Shown here piece by piece: positions 29,733 through 39,381 of a stretch of DNA of 64,000 nucleotides. The translations under genes and the position numbers were made by a program. The stretch covers positions 10,563-74,562 of the forward strand of contig JAJACQ010000025.1 in the NCBI GenBank assembly GCA_022601435.1, given 5' to 3'. This DNA is from Chlamydiia bacterium (lineage in GTDB: Bacteria > Chlamydiota > Chlamydiia > Chlamydiales > 2-12-FULL-49-11). A model generated the notes under the pieces. It saw only the letters and a program-made list of their open reading frames with translations, was not told the origin of the DNA and made no database searches. Position 1 is the stretch's first letter. Each line of letters begins with the position of its first letter.

Positions 29733-30773
29733 ATGATTACGCTAGGAATTGAAACAAGCTGTGATGAAACAGCCGCAAGTGTCTATGATGGTAAAACTAT
29801 TTTATCAAATATTGTTTTGTCTCAAATTGAACTCCACAAAGAATTTGGTGGCGTTTTTCCTGAACTTGCGGCAAGAAGGCATTTAGATCACATGCTATTA
29901 GTTATTGATCGTGCTTTAAAAGAAGCTCAAATTTCAAAGAATGATTTAGATCTAATTTCTGTTGCCTCTTCACCTGGTTTAATAGGGGCATTATTGATGG
30001 GTGTTAACTGTGCAAAGTCTTTGGGACTTGCTTTAGGGATTCCTGTCATCGGCGTAAATCATGTTGAAGCACACCTTTTTGCCAACTTCCTAGAATTTGA
30101 AAATGAAATTACCTTTCCAGCTCTAGGATTAATTGTTTCCGGTGGCCACACTGCCCTTCTTTATTTAGAAGATAAAAATAATTCTAAAGTGCTTGGCACA
30201 ACACTTGATGACGCGATCGGTGAATGCTTTGATAAAGTTGCCCGTATGCTTGATCTCCCCTATCCCGGAGGTCCGGAAATTGAGAAAATAGCAAAACTTG
30301 GAGACCCCTCGATCTTTAATTTTAAAACACCAAAAATTAAGAATCGTCCTTATGATTTCTCTTTTAGCGGCCTTAAAACAAAAGTCCTTTATACCCTATT
30401 TGGGCAAGATGGAATAGATGGGAAAAAGCAAGTTCCGAAATCTTCTTATCCAGATATCGCAGCCTCTTTTCAAAAGGCTGCCTTCTCTTCTTTAATTAAT
30501 GCAATTAATGAAGCAGTAGAAAATTTAAATGTTAACTCTATATTGGTTGGCGGAGGTGTAAGCGCAAGCAGCACTTTAAAACAAATGCTTAACACACAGC
30601 TTCTAAGTAGTGTGAATGTCTTTATTCCAGATATTAAGTATTCTCTTGATAATGGCGCCATGATTGCAGCTCTTGGTTACCATAAATTCAAGCAAATTGG
30701 TGCTTCTAATGAAAATTTAAGTGCCTCCCCTTCATCAAGAAAGCATTCCTTCGATTTTTGTCAAAATAGTTAA
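29733..30773 (+). CDS. tsaD: tRNA N6-adenosine threonylcarbamoyltransferase
   Basis: GIETSCDETA, GGVFPELAARRH, NHVEAH, SGGHT, FSFSGLKT, DNGAMIA. Confidence 0.97.
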   Translation: MITLGIETSCDETAASVYDGKTILSNIVLSQIELHKEFGGVFPELAARRHLDHMLLVIDRALKEAQISKNDLDLISVASSPGLIGALLMGVNCAKSLGLALGIPVIGVNHVEAHLFANFLEFENEITFPALGLIVSGGHTALLYLEDKNNSKVLGTTLDDAIGECFDKVARMLDLPYPGGPEIEKIAKLGDPSIFNFKTPKIKNRPYDFSFSGLKTKVLYTLFGQDGIDGKKQVPKSSYPDIAASFQKAAFSSLINAINEAVENLNVNSILVGGGVSASSTLKQMLNTQLLSSVNVFIPDIKYSLDNGAMIAALGYHKFKQIGASNENLSASPSSRKHSFDFCQNS

Positions 30774-30840
30774 GTTTAATAATTTCATAAATCTTGTAAT
30801 GCGCTATTCTAATTGTTTAATTATCTAAAAAAATAGGATT

Positions 30841-31449
30841 ATGATGAATAACATTGGAGCTGCTAAAATCTTAGACCGTATATCAGAGGTTGAGTTTAAT
30901 AAAGATAATCGACCTTGCAATGAGGTTGTTAACTTTTTTTCAAACTTTGTTAAAATAACAGGTCTTATTAAACAATATATTACTCTATGCAGAACAAATA
31001 TAAATAAATTATTAAGACAAAGACATTCATACAGCCATGTCTATGGAGAAGATTTTACAAAATCCACTTTTATTTTAAAAAAGACTATGAGCCAAATAAA
31101 ACTTCCAACGACTTCTATAACTAAAAAATTAAATTTTTGGAAGCTTTCTATAGAAACAGGATCAAAAGATGAAGAATTCGATGTTGCATTTAGCCTTATT
31201 AAAAATATTACTGAAACTGCTTTTCAGTTAATTTCCCATTTATCCAGAGCCTTACACTCTTATAATAAACTTTACCTAGATCTAAAAGATTTAAATCTTG
31301 CATTTATGATAAAAGCTATTAAAATTCCCAGACAATGTCTTGATAGAGATGTTCGTGTACTAAGATTTGAGTTTAACTTTGATGAGCAAATAAGGAGAAT
31401 TAAGGACGCTGCACTACTTATCTTTAATTTAAAAACTAGAGAAGGATGA
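30841..31449 (+). CDS. Hypothetical protein
   Basis: 202-aa ORF with AGGA RBS filling the tsaD-rpmG gap. Confidence 0.6.
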   Translation: MMNNIGAAKILDRISEVEFNKDNRPCNEVVNFFSNFVKITGLIKQYITLCRTNINKLLRQRHSYSHVYGEDFTKSTFILKKTMSQIKLPTTSITKKLNFWKLSIETGSKDEEFDVAFSLIKNITETAFQLISHLSRALHSYNKLYLDLKDLNLAFMIKAIKIPRQCLDRDVRVLRFEFNFDEQIRRIKDAALLIFNLKTREG

Positions 31450-31506
31450 TTGTTTTTTTGTAGTTTTTTGTTGAATCTATATAGCAAATATGTGATAAAT
31501 AAAAAC

Positions 31507-31535
31507 TTGTTAAAAATAAAGGTTGTCTGTATACT
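31507..31535 (+). promoter_or_regulatory. Putative sigma66/70-type promoter for rpmG operon
   Basis: TTGTTA-17 bp-TATACT. Confidence 0.5.
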
Positions 31536-31563
31536 AGTCTCTAAAATTCATAAAGGATAAACA

Positions 31564-31725
31564 ATGGCAAAGAAAAAAAATCGTCAACCAATCACTTTAG
31601 AAAGTACAGAGAGTAAATACAGAACAACTACTGTGAAAAACCCTAAGAACACTACTGCTAGATTAGAGCTTAAAAAGTATGATCCTACTCTAAGAAAGCA
31701 TGTAATGTTTAAAGAGAAAAAATAA
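31564..31725 (+). CDS. rpmG: 50S ribosomal protein L33 (53 aa, Cys-free form; absent from ORF track)
   Basis: Translated by hand: [53 protein letters not shown]; AAGGA RBS. Confidence 0.96.
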   Translation: MAKKKNRQPITLESTESKYRTTTVKNPKNTTARLELKKYDPTLRKHVMFKEKK

Positions 31726-31730
31726 AATAA

Positions 31731-33815
31731 GTGTTTGAATTTTCAATCCTAAGACGCTATTTATGGCCTAAAAGAAAGAGGATGTCTCTTACTTTAATAG
31801 CTCTAATGTCTGTCTTTGTTATCTCTTTAGTTGTATGGTTATTAGTTTTATTTTTATCCATCACAGAGGGAATTGAAAAAAATTGGCTCGGAAGACTCAC
31901 CTCCTTAAATGCGCCTTTACGAATCACTCCCACAGAAGAATATTATCGCTCTTATTATCATCTCATTGATGAGCACTCGTATGCTTCTGGGTATGAAAAA
32001 AAGACTTTTCATGAAAAACTAACGGCAATTATCACCGATCCATATGATGGATCTATTGATAGCGAGCTTCCATTATACATTCCTAAACCAGCAATTAGTG
32101 AAAAAGGTGGCTTATTAGATCTTGCAAAAGAAGTAAGATCTTCTTTAAATGAAGTTCCTAATGAAATAAGTGATATCAGTTTTCATGATTATCAAATGGC
32201 AGGCGCTCTTCTGAGGCTGACACTTGCTAGACAACCTATTGATCAGCCCTACTCTTTAACGCCTACATTGAATTTTTTAACTCAGGCAGCCTATGTAAAC
32301 TCCATTCCTTTAGATCGTGGCCCTCTTCACTCTTTGATTATAAAGCCATCTGCAGAAGATATTAATCATTTAATCTATCTAGCAAACACAGGGAGAATTT
32401 CTTCTGTAGAAGATGTCCCTGAGAATGATCAGTATTCTTCCGAGGATCTTTCTGCAAGATTATTACCGATTCTACATAATATCCATATCAAAGAATTTGA
32501 AACACGGGGACGTTTTTCTCTTCCCCAGGAAGTGATAGGTGAGCCAATTGTGGCTTATGCAAAAAAATCGCGTGGTGAAATTTTTTATTTCATGATTCCT
32601 GAAAGTGTTGATTCAAGTATTCCTGAGGGTGAATTTACAAAGGGTGTAATAAAAAAATATGATGATCACCTTGTTTTTATTGAAAATGGATCTGCAGATG
32701 CTGTACGTGTTGATATAACAGCTCCTCTTCTCTTATCAGAAACTGTAAGCTTTACTGGACATATTGATCATGTCTCTCTTTTAGAAGCTGCTACTTTGAC
32801 TGATATATTAATTTCGGCAAAGATTCCATTACAAGGGAAAATTTTTGAAGCAGTGATTCCATGGCAAGAGGTTACTATTAAGGATGTGGACATTGAAAAT
32901 CAATTTACTAGACCACCTGAGAATGCGCCCCCATGGGCTTATTTTGTGGAAGATAAGCTTGTATTAAAGGATAATGGGATTTTACTACCGGTACATTTTA
33001 AAGAGCAAGGATGTCGCATTGGAGATGATGGATTTTTCTCTTTTGGAAAAACATCACCATTAATGGTTTCAGAGCAGCGAAAAAAGATTTACACTTCAGG
33101 ATTTTATGATCCAGGAGTAATCAGCACGGGTGCTCGTTATATTCTTACATCTCGTGATGTTGTAAGTAGCATTACTTCCAAGGAAGAAAGTTTAGTTATA
33201 GATCCACTAATTGCAAATGGTTTTCAGGTATGGTTTGATGACACAATGCAGGCATCTGATGTAACTGCTTTCTTGAAAGAAGATTTCCAAAAGCGTGGAA
33301 TTAGCGACTATTTTGCCATCACGCCTTTTTATGAATATGATTTTGCAAAAGATTTGATTGGTCAGTTTAAGAGTGATCGTGACTTGTTTATGCTCATCGG
33401 GGTTATCATTCTATTAGTTGCAATTTGCAACATCATCACCTTGTTATTATTACTAGTACATGACAAAAAGACTGAGATTGGTATTTTCTTATCGCTCGGG
33501 GCTTCGAAGATGAAGATCTCTACTATATTTGCGCTTGCGGGTGTATTACTAGGTGGAATAAGTACATTGATAGGAAGTTTTTTAGCATACATCACATTAA
33601 AGAACATAGATTCCCTTGTAGGATTTTTAAATATGATTGAAGGCCGAGAAGCATTTAATGCAGCATTTTACGGATCAAAGTTGCCAAGTGAATTTAGTAT
33701 GTTAGCATTTACATTCATAGTAATAGCAACACCAATTTTATCTCTAGGCGCAGGGTTGATTCCAGCGATAAAAGCTTGTAGGCTTCGTCCTTCACAAATA
33801 TTGAGGTCTGAATAA
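31731..33815 (+). CDS. lolE: Lipoprotein-releasing ABC transporter permease (LolC/E family, large periplasmic insert)
   Basis: N-terminal TM, FtsX-like C-terminus (ILLVAICNII..DKKTEIGIFLSLGA..PAIKACRLRPSQILRSE); precedes lolD. Confidence 0.85.
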   Translation: MFEFSILRRYLWPKRKRMSLTLIALMSVFVISLVVWLLVLFLSITEGIEKNWLGRLTSLNAPLRITPTEEYYRSYYHLIDEHSYASGYEKKTFHEKLTAIITDPYDGSIDSELPLYIPKPAISEKGGLLDLAKEVRSSLNEVPNEISDISFHDYQMAGALLRLTLARQPIDQPYSLTPTLNFLTQAAYVNSIPLDRGPLHSLIIKPSAEDINHLIYLANTGRISSVEDVPENDQYSSEDLSARLLPILHNIHIKEFETRGRFSLPQEVIGEPIVAYAKKSRGEIFYFMIPESVDSSIPEGEFTKGVIKKYDDHLVFIENGSADAVRVDITAPLLLSETVSFTGHIDHVSLLEAATLTDILISAKIPLQGKIFEAVIPWQEVTIKDVDIENQFTRPPENAPPWAYFVEDKLVLKDNGILLPVHFKEQGCRIGDDGFFSFGKTSPLMVSEQRKKIYTSGFYDPGVISTGARYILTSRDVVSSITSKEESLVIDPLIANGFQVWFDDTMQASDVTAFLKEDFQKRGISDYFAITPFYEYDFAKDLIGQFKSDRDLFMLIGVIILLVAICNIITLLLLLVHDKKTEIGIFLSLGASKMKISTIFALAGVLLGGISTLIGSFLAYITLKNIDSLVGFLNMIEGREAFNAAFYGSKLPSEFSMLAFTFIVIATPILSLGAGLIPAIKACRLRPSQILRSE

Positions 33816-34507
33816 TGCCAAAGCAAGAAACTTTAGATGTTTTGTTTTCTGCAGAAGATATTAAGAAGACATTTAGCTATCCTGAAAAAGTAAATCTATT
33901 AAAGGGTGTATCTCTCTATGTAAATCGTGGGGAATCCGTCTCTATTACAGGACCATCAGGTTCTGGGAAGAGCACGATATTATCGATACTTGGAACACTT
34001 GATAAAGCTGATTCTGGAAAGCTTTTTCTATTTGGAAAAGCTCTTCCCAAAAGAAATTTTGCAAAGATTAGAAATGAGAAGATTGGGTTCATATTTCAGA
34101 ACCATAACCTACTAGATGAGTATACAGTATTAGAAAACCTACTTATAAAAGCACAAATTGGGCGACGTCGTATATCTAAAAAAAGTGACTCACAAAACCT
34201 TGCACTTTCATTATTAGAAGGAATGAATCTTATTCATAGAAAGGACTTTTTAGCAAAGCTTTTGTCTGGTGGGGAAAAAGCCCGTGTTTCAATAGCACGT
34301 GCGTTTATGAATGATCCAGAGATCATATTAGCAGATGAGCCTACAGGGAATCTTGATTTTGAAGCGGCCTCTCTTGTTCAAACCCTCCTTTTAGAAACAT
34401 GCAAAGAGTTGAATAAATCTCTTATAGTCGTTACGCATGATCTTAATTTTGCAAAAAAATGTGATCGCCAGTATAACATCTCCAACGGCTTACTTGTTGA
34501 AGTATAG
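33815..34507 (+). CDS. lolD: Lipoprotein-releasing ABC transporter ATPase
   Basis: GPSGSGKST, RNEKIGFIFQ, LSGGEKARV, ADEPTGNLD, VVTHD. Confidence 0.9.
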   Translation: MPKQETLDVLFSAEDIKKTFSYPEKVNLLKGVSLYVNRGESVSITGPSGSGKSTILSILGTLDKADSGKLFLFGKALPKRNFAKIRNEKIGFIFQNHNLLDEYTVLENLLIKAQIGRRRISKKSDSQNLALSLLEGMNLIHRKDFLAKLLSGGEKARVSIARAFMNDPEIILADEPTGNLDFEAASLVQTLLLETCKELNKSLIVVTHDLNFAKKCDRQYNISNGLLVEV

Positions 34508-34618
34508 AAAAGCGCTCTACCCTACACCTACCAAAAAAAAACAGAGGGTCATGCCTGCAATTCTGCAATTTGAAAAAAAGGGTTTAATAAAAAAGGGATT
34601 TCGTGCATTTAGAAATTA

Positions 34619-35239
34619 ATGTTAAAAAGATCTCTTACTATTGCCTTTTTATGTACTTCTGTTTCGCTTTTTGGTGATCCCATTGTTTTCAACACCATAT
34701 TAACACCCGCTAACTGTACTCACAAGCTCTATCACCCAAAAGATAAAAATATTCCGCGTCCATATTTTTCAGATGTAGAGATTGATAGAAAAAGCATGAC
34801 ATCCCCTACAAAAGCGGTGGGTAGCGGTACATTTTTGTACCATCAAGATACAAAAGTTTTAGAGTATGCCATTTCATATTCAAATATGAGTTCTCCTGTT
34901 GTGATGATCCATTTACAAGTTGGTTACGCACATCAAGACGGGCCGATTTTTGCAACGCTATATGGTAGACCACATGAAAAGCGAATTCACTTCTCGCATT
35001 CAAAAAAAAGTAAAGAGATTTCTAGAACAAAAATGGCACCAGATCATAAGTATGGATTTTTAACTGGCTCTGTTAAATTATCTGAGTTAGGTGATCGATC
35101 TGATTCTAAGCCGCCAATTAAAGAGCAAAAGATGCTTCTTCAGGGTGGTTGCTACATCACCATTCACACCTACTTAAATGAGATGGGTGAAATACGAGGT
35201 CAGCTCACTCCTTTATCCACAAAGCACCTTAGAAAGTAA
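34619..35239 (+). CDS. Exported CHRD-domain protein
   Basis: Signal peptide; GSGTF..LEYAISYSNMSSPVVMIHL..GPI; YITIHT...GEIRGQL. Confidence 0.85.
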   Translation: MLKRSLTIAFLCTSVSLFGDPIVFNTILTPANCTHKLYHPKDKNIPRPYFSDVEIDRKSMTSPTKAVGSGTFLYHQDTKVLEYAISYSNMSSPVVMIHLQVGYAHQDGPIFATLYGRPHEKRIHFSHSKKSKEISRTKMAPDHKYGFLTGSVKLSELGDRSDSKPPIKEQKMLLQGGCYITIHTYLNEMGEIRGQLTPLSTKHLRK

Positions 35240-35284
35240 ATGACTAGCTTGCTTATTTAGCATTTTTAATCTATTATCCATTAC

Positions 35285-35851
35285 ATGAAAAATGTGACTC
35301 TTATCCCCTTTTTTTGCATCGCCTTTGTAGCTCACATGACGCTTTCATTTTTCTCTCAAACATTTCCCTTCTTATATTTTGCTCCTTTTTTCGTTACATG
35401 CTTTTCTAGATCCTCTCTTTATTTCTCCATCTGGACATCCTTTGCAATTGGTTTATTTCTAGATCTATGTACAACAAGTACTCCTATGGGGTTTTATCCC
35501 ATTTGTATGGTATTAACAACTGTAGCTATTCATAGGTTTAAGATCTATTTTTTAGAAGACAAGGTTTATACTTTTTCTCTTTACACAACCCTTTACTCAA
35601 TTACCTATACAATCATTTTCATGTTCCTTCATACCTTTATAGATCCCAAGTTTCACATCTCATTACTATCTTTTCTTTCTGATAGTATATTTTTGCCAAT
35701 TCTTGACACCTTATATCACTTAGTTTTTTTTACTTTTCCTATTAGTTCATATATCTACCTTACATCAAAAAAACAGCAAATTCGCTTTAGACGAATTAGA
35801 AGAAGGCTTTTTGAGCATTTTCCAAAACTAAAGAAGGTCTTTTCTCGATGA
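35285..35851 (+). CDS. Putative rod shape-determining protein MreD-like membrane protein
   Basis: About 5 TM helices, FAIGLFLDL..PMGFY motif typical of MreD. Confidence 0.6.
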   Translation: MKNVTLIPFFCIAFVAHMTLSFFSQTFPFLYFAPFFVTCFSRSSLYFSIWTSFAIGLFLDLCTTSTPMGFYPICMVLTTVAIHRFKIYFLEDKVYTFSLYTTLYSITYTIIFMFLHTFIDPKFHISLLSFLSDSIFLPILDTLYHLVFFTFPISSYIYLTSKKQQIRFRRIRRRLFEHFPKLKKVFSR

Positions 35852-36627
35852 TATTTTCACCTCAAGAACTTAAAAATATGACAACATCTGTGTCTTCGAT
35901 TGCTTTAGAGGTCGGCGAAATGCTTGCAAAGGAATTTAATAGAAATATTACTTTTGAAGAAAAAACATCCCCTCATGATGTTGTCACAAAGTTTGATAAA
36001 GAATCTGAAGAGATCATCTACAAAAAACTAAAAGCCCTTTACCCTAATTTTGGATTCTTAGGAGAAGAAAAAGGTTATCGCGACTATATTGAAGGTGAGC
36101 CTTATTGGATTATTGATCCCATCGATGGAACTTTAAATTTTGCAAACAATATCCCTGCTTTTGCAGTCAGTATAGCGTTGGTTTATCACAATAAATCCCA
36201 ACTTGGTGTTTGTTATATTCCTATGACAAAAGAACTATTTACTGCCTATAAAGATGGGGGCGCTTTACTAAATGGAAATAAAATTCAACCAAGTGAAACT
36301 AAAAATTTAGATCATGCGATTTTTGCTTTACCACCTGATCAAATTACCTTCAAAAGACCTGACTTTGTGGTTCGTAGACAAGGTGCAAGCGTTATGGATA
36401 TTTGCTATGTCGCAAAAGGTGCCATTGATGGTTTTTATGACCCTCTCTTAAATCCCTGGGATTTTGCTGCTGCTTCTTTAATAGCTGAGGAGGCGGGCGC
36501 AGAAAGCTTTAGTTTAAAAACAAAATCTCTTGAAACGAATAAAAAATCGGACATTCTAGTAGCTAACAAAAATATTTCGCAAGACTTTAGCATGTGGCTT
36601 TTAAAACAAAGTAGCAACTTGATTTAA
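35848..36627 (+). CDS. suhB: Inositol monophosphatase family protein
   Basis: DVVTKFD, FLGEE, WIIDPIDGTLNF, PWDFAAA. Confidence 0.9.
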   Translation: MIFSPQELKNMTTSVSSIALEVGEMLAKEFNRNITFEEKTSPHDVVTKFDKESEEIIYKKLKALYPNFGFLGEEKGYRDYIEGEPYWIIDPIDGTLNFANNIPAFAVSIALVYHNKSQLGVCYIPMTKELFTAYKDGGALLNGNKIQPSETKNLDHAIFALPPDQITFKRPDFVVRRQGASVMDICYVAKGAIDGFYDPLLNPWDFAAASLIAEEAGAESFSLKTKSLETNKKSDILVANKNISQDFSMWLLKQSSNLI

Positions 36628-37071
36628 GTTAATAAATTTTTCTATAGTTGCCCTCTCTTTTTCAGAAGTGATCTTTGATGCAACTTGTTTTGCTATTTCA
36701 TAACAAAAATTTAAAGATGACATTATCGCTACAGATTTAAATGCTTCATCATATGTACCCTTTTTATTATTTAATCGAGTAGAAAAGGTAACTAAATAAC
36801 TAAGCAGTTTATCAATGGTCAAATAGTCAGTATATTGAAACTCAAATTCTCTTTTGTTCTTTGTGTACATATTTAAGCAAGCAATACAGACATAAAAAAG
36901 CTTGTTTATTTGTGCGTCAAAATGATTTTAAAATCCTGTCACTTCTAGAAGATCATAAGCTTTTGATAGCTCTTTATTGTTTATAGCATCATCTATTTCT
37001 TGTTTTTGATTTGCAAAAGGAATTTTATCACGATATTGTGCAGGATTTATACTTAAACTTTCTAACTTCAT
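36601..37071 (-). pseudogene. Hypothetical gene interrupted by a single in-frame stop
   Basis: ATG at 37071 is in frame with ORF 36601..36870; the only interruption is TAA at 36930-36928 (MKLESLSINP...EVTGF*NHFDAQ...MYTKNK). Confidence 0.7.
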
Positions 37072-37193
37072 ATTCTTATCTAACTAAAAAAGAAATAGTT
37101 TAGAGTTTTCTATAAATATATTCAATGACTATTGACACGAATAAATTTTCTGACATACTGGTAATAGTATAAAATTATAAATGAGTTTATAAA

Positions 37194-38048
37194 ATGGATA
37201 TTAATGGGCGCGCTATTGCACAAGTAATCAGAACAACCTTAGAAACCGAAATAGAAAAAAATAAGTATACTCCAACGCTTGCATTTTTTTTAATGGAGGA
37301 CCATGCTCCTTCTCGCGTCTATGTAGGCATGAAACAACGAGCTTGTCAAGAAGTTGGGATTACATCTATAAAAGAAGAGCTACCTGTAAGTATTACAGAA
37401 AAAGGGCTTCTTGAAAAAATTGATAATGCCAATAAGGATCCAGTTATCGACGCTATCATTGTGCAGATGCCTCTTCCTGATCATATTGACTCAAATAAAA
37501 TCATCTGTGCAATTGATCCTATAAAAGATGTTGATGGCTTTCACCCTCTCAATATCGGAAAAATGATGATTGGTGATAAAAATGCGCTTTTACCATGCAC
37601 CCCACATGGAATTTGTAAAATGCTAGAAATAGAAAATATTTCCACAACCGGAAAAAATGTAGTTATTCTAGGAAGAAGTTTGATTGTTGGAAGACCACTT
37701 GCAAACCTCCTTTCTCAAAAAGGAAAAGATGCAACAGTCACCCTTCTTCATAGCAGAAGTCAGAACTTGAAAAGCCATCTTTTAAATGCAGATATAGTTA
37801 TTTCAGCAATTGGAATCCCGCATTTTGTGAAAGAAGATATGGTGAAGCAAGGCGCGGTAATTATTGATGTGGGAATGAATCACCTAGAAGGAAAATTAGT
37901 TGGAGATGTTGATTATACAAAAGTAAAAAAAATCGCTTCAAAAATCACTCCTGTCCCGGGCGGTGTCGGACCCATGACAATCGCGATGCTTTTACAAAAT
38001 ACCCTGCAATGTCACATTCAAAGACTTAAAAGTAATCTTTCATTATGA
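37194..38048 (+). CDS. folD: Methylenetetrahydrofolate dehydrogenase/cyclohydrolase
   Basis: YVGMK, VQMPLP, KDVDGFHP, PCTP, GRSLIVGRP, TPVPGGVGPMT. Confidence 0.97.
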   Translation: MDINGRAIAQVIRTTLETEIEKNKYTPTLAFFLMEDHAPSRVYVGMKQRACQEVGITSIKEELPVSITEKGLLEKIDNANKDPVIDAIIVQMPLPDHIDSNKIICAIDPIKDVDGFHPLNIGKMMIGDKNALLPCTPHGICKMLEIENISTTGKNVVILGRSLIVGRPLANLLSQKGKDATVTLLHSRSQNLKSHLLNADIVISAIGIPHFVKEDMVKQGAVIIDVGMNHLEGKLVGDVDYTKVKKIASKITPVPGGVGPMTIAMLLQNTLQCHIQRLKSNLSL

Positions 38049-38887
38049 AATACATATTCCCCTTTCTCCTTTTACTTTTCTCTTGTGGAAAACCCCTCGA
38101 GACAAAAATAGAAGGAGTTGCCATGGGAATGCGCTATATGGTTCTTTTTAAAGAAAAACTAAACCCATCCACCCGACAAATCATCCAAACAATCATAGAT
38201 GAAACCTTTAAAGAAATAGATTCTACACTAAATCATTGGAATAATAACTCTGAGATCTCAAAATGGAATCACTCTACCTCAACAAAGCCAATTTCAATCT
38301 CGCCGCTTTTCCTCAAAGCAATCCGTATTGCAGACAAGGCTTACACACTAACAAATGGAAAGTACGATCCAGCACTGGGGAGGGCAACCCATCAATGGAA
38401 AACATCGCTTCGTCTCGGTAAATTTTTGTCTCACGATGAAATAGAATTACTTAAAAAATCCTGTGGATGGGATAAAGTGATTATTAAAAATAACACACTT
38501 CAAAAAAATCACTGCGACCTTAAGCTTGATCTTGATGGCCTTACTAAGGGTTTACTTTGCGATATTCTCAGTGAAAAAATTCAAAGACTACACTTCAATA
38601 ACTTTTTAGTTGAATGGTCTGGAGAAATTAAATGTGTTGGTGGCCCCTTCAAAATCCTCGTCGATAAAGAGATTAATTCCTTATCTGATTTATCTATTGC
38701 AACGAGTGGAACTCTTTATCAATCATATCAGATAACTAAAAATAAAAAAATAACTACATATAGCCACTTTATAAACCCAAAAACATTAACACCTTTTAAG
38801 GTTGCTGATTTAGAAAAATCTAAATCTGTCACTCATAAATCCTGCTCACTTGCAGACGCATTAGCGACTTCAAATATCATACCCTAA
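38045..38887 (+). CDS. apbE: FAD:protein FMN transferase lipoprotein
   Basis: Lipobox LFSC; AMGM, TNGKYDP, LDLDGLTKG, IATSG, HFINPKT, ADALAT. Confidence 0.88.
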   Translation: MKYIFPFLLLLFSCGKPLETKIEGVAMGMRYMVLFKEKLNPSTRQIIQTIIDETFKEIDSTLNHWNNNSEISKWNHSTSTKPISISPLFLKAIRIADKAYTLTNGKYDPALGRATHQWKTSLRLGKFLSHDEIELLKKSCGWDKVIIKNNTLQKNHCDLKLDLDGLTKGLLCDILSEKIQRLHFNNFLVEWSGEIKCVGGPFKILVDKEINSLSDLSIATSGTLYQSYQITKNKKITTYSHFINPKTLTPFKVADLEKSKSVTHKSCSLADALATSNIIP

Positions 38888-38917
38888 ACTACTTTTTGTT
38901 TGTGACTATTTTAAAAA

Positions 38918-39208
38918 CTAAAGCCATTTGTTAGCAAGTGCTTGTCGATACATTCCATTTATATAGTCTACTTCTCCTGCCGCTTTAGTAGGGTCACTTT
39001 GATGACTTAATAAAGAAACTTCCCATGCTCTTCTTTCTCTTGGCGTCATTTTAGCAACTCTTTCTTGTAATAGCTTACCTTCTTTCATTTGTTGATTTTT
39101 TGGAGCAAGGGTTTTTACTTTCTCAGTGGTTGGGTCTTTTTTAGGCTTTTCTTTTGTTTGGGAATTACTTGAGTCCATTGTTTTTAATTTAGCACTTGCC
39201 GCTTCCAT
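38918..39208 (-). CDS. Hypothetical protein
   Basis: 96-aa ORF with AAGGA RBS; low-complexity basic N-terminus. Confidence 0.6.
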   Translation of the reverse strand: MEAASAKLKTMDSSNSQTKEKPKKDPTTEKVKTLAPKNQQMKEGKLLQERVAKMTPRERRAWEVSLLSHQSDPTKAAGEVDYINGMYRQALANKWL

Positions 39209-39381
39209 TGTATTATCCTTTCCTTAAAAAAAATAAATACTATAGTTTAAGTCTATTGATAAAGGCAACTTTAAAATAATAATTACTTATCTTTGCGGAG
39301 TTTATCTTCTCATAGTTTCAAAAAAATGAATTATAGATAAATCCTCTATCGAGATATCTTTTCATCTGGTATGCTGAGGGT

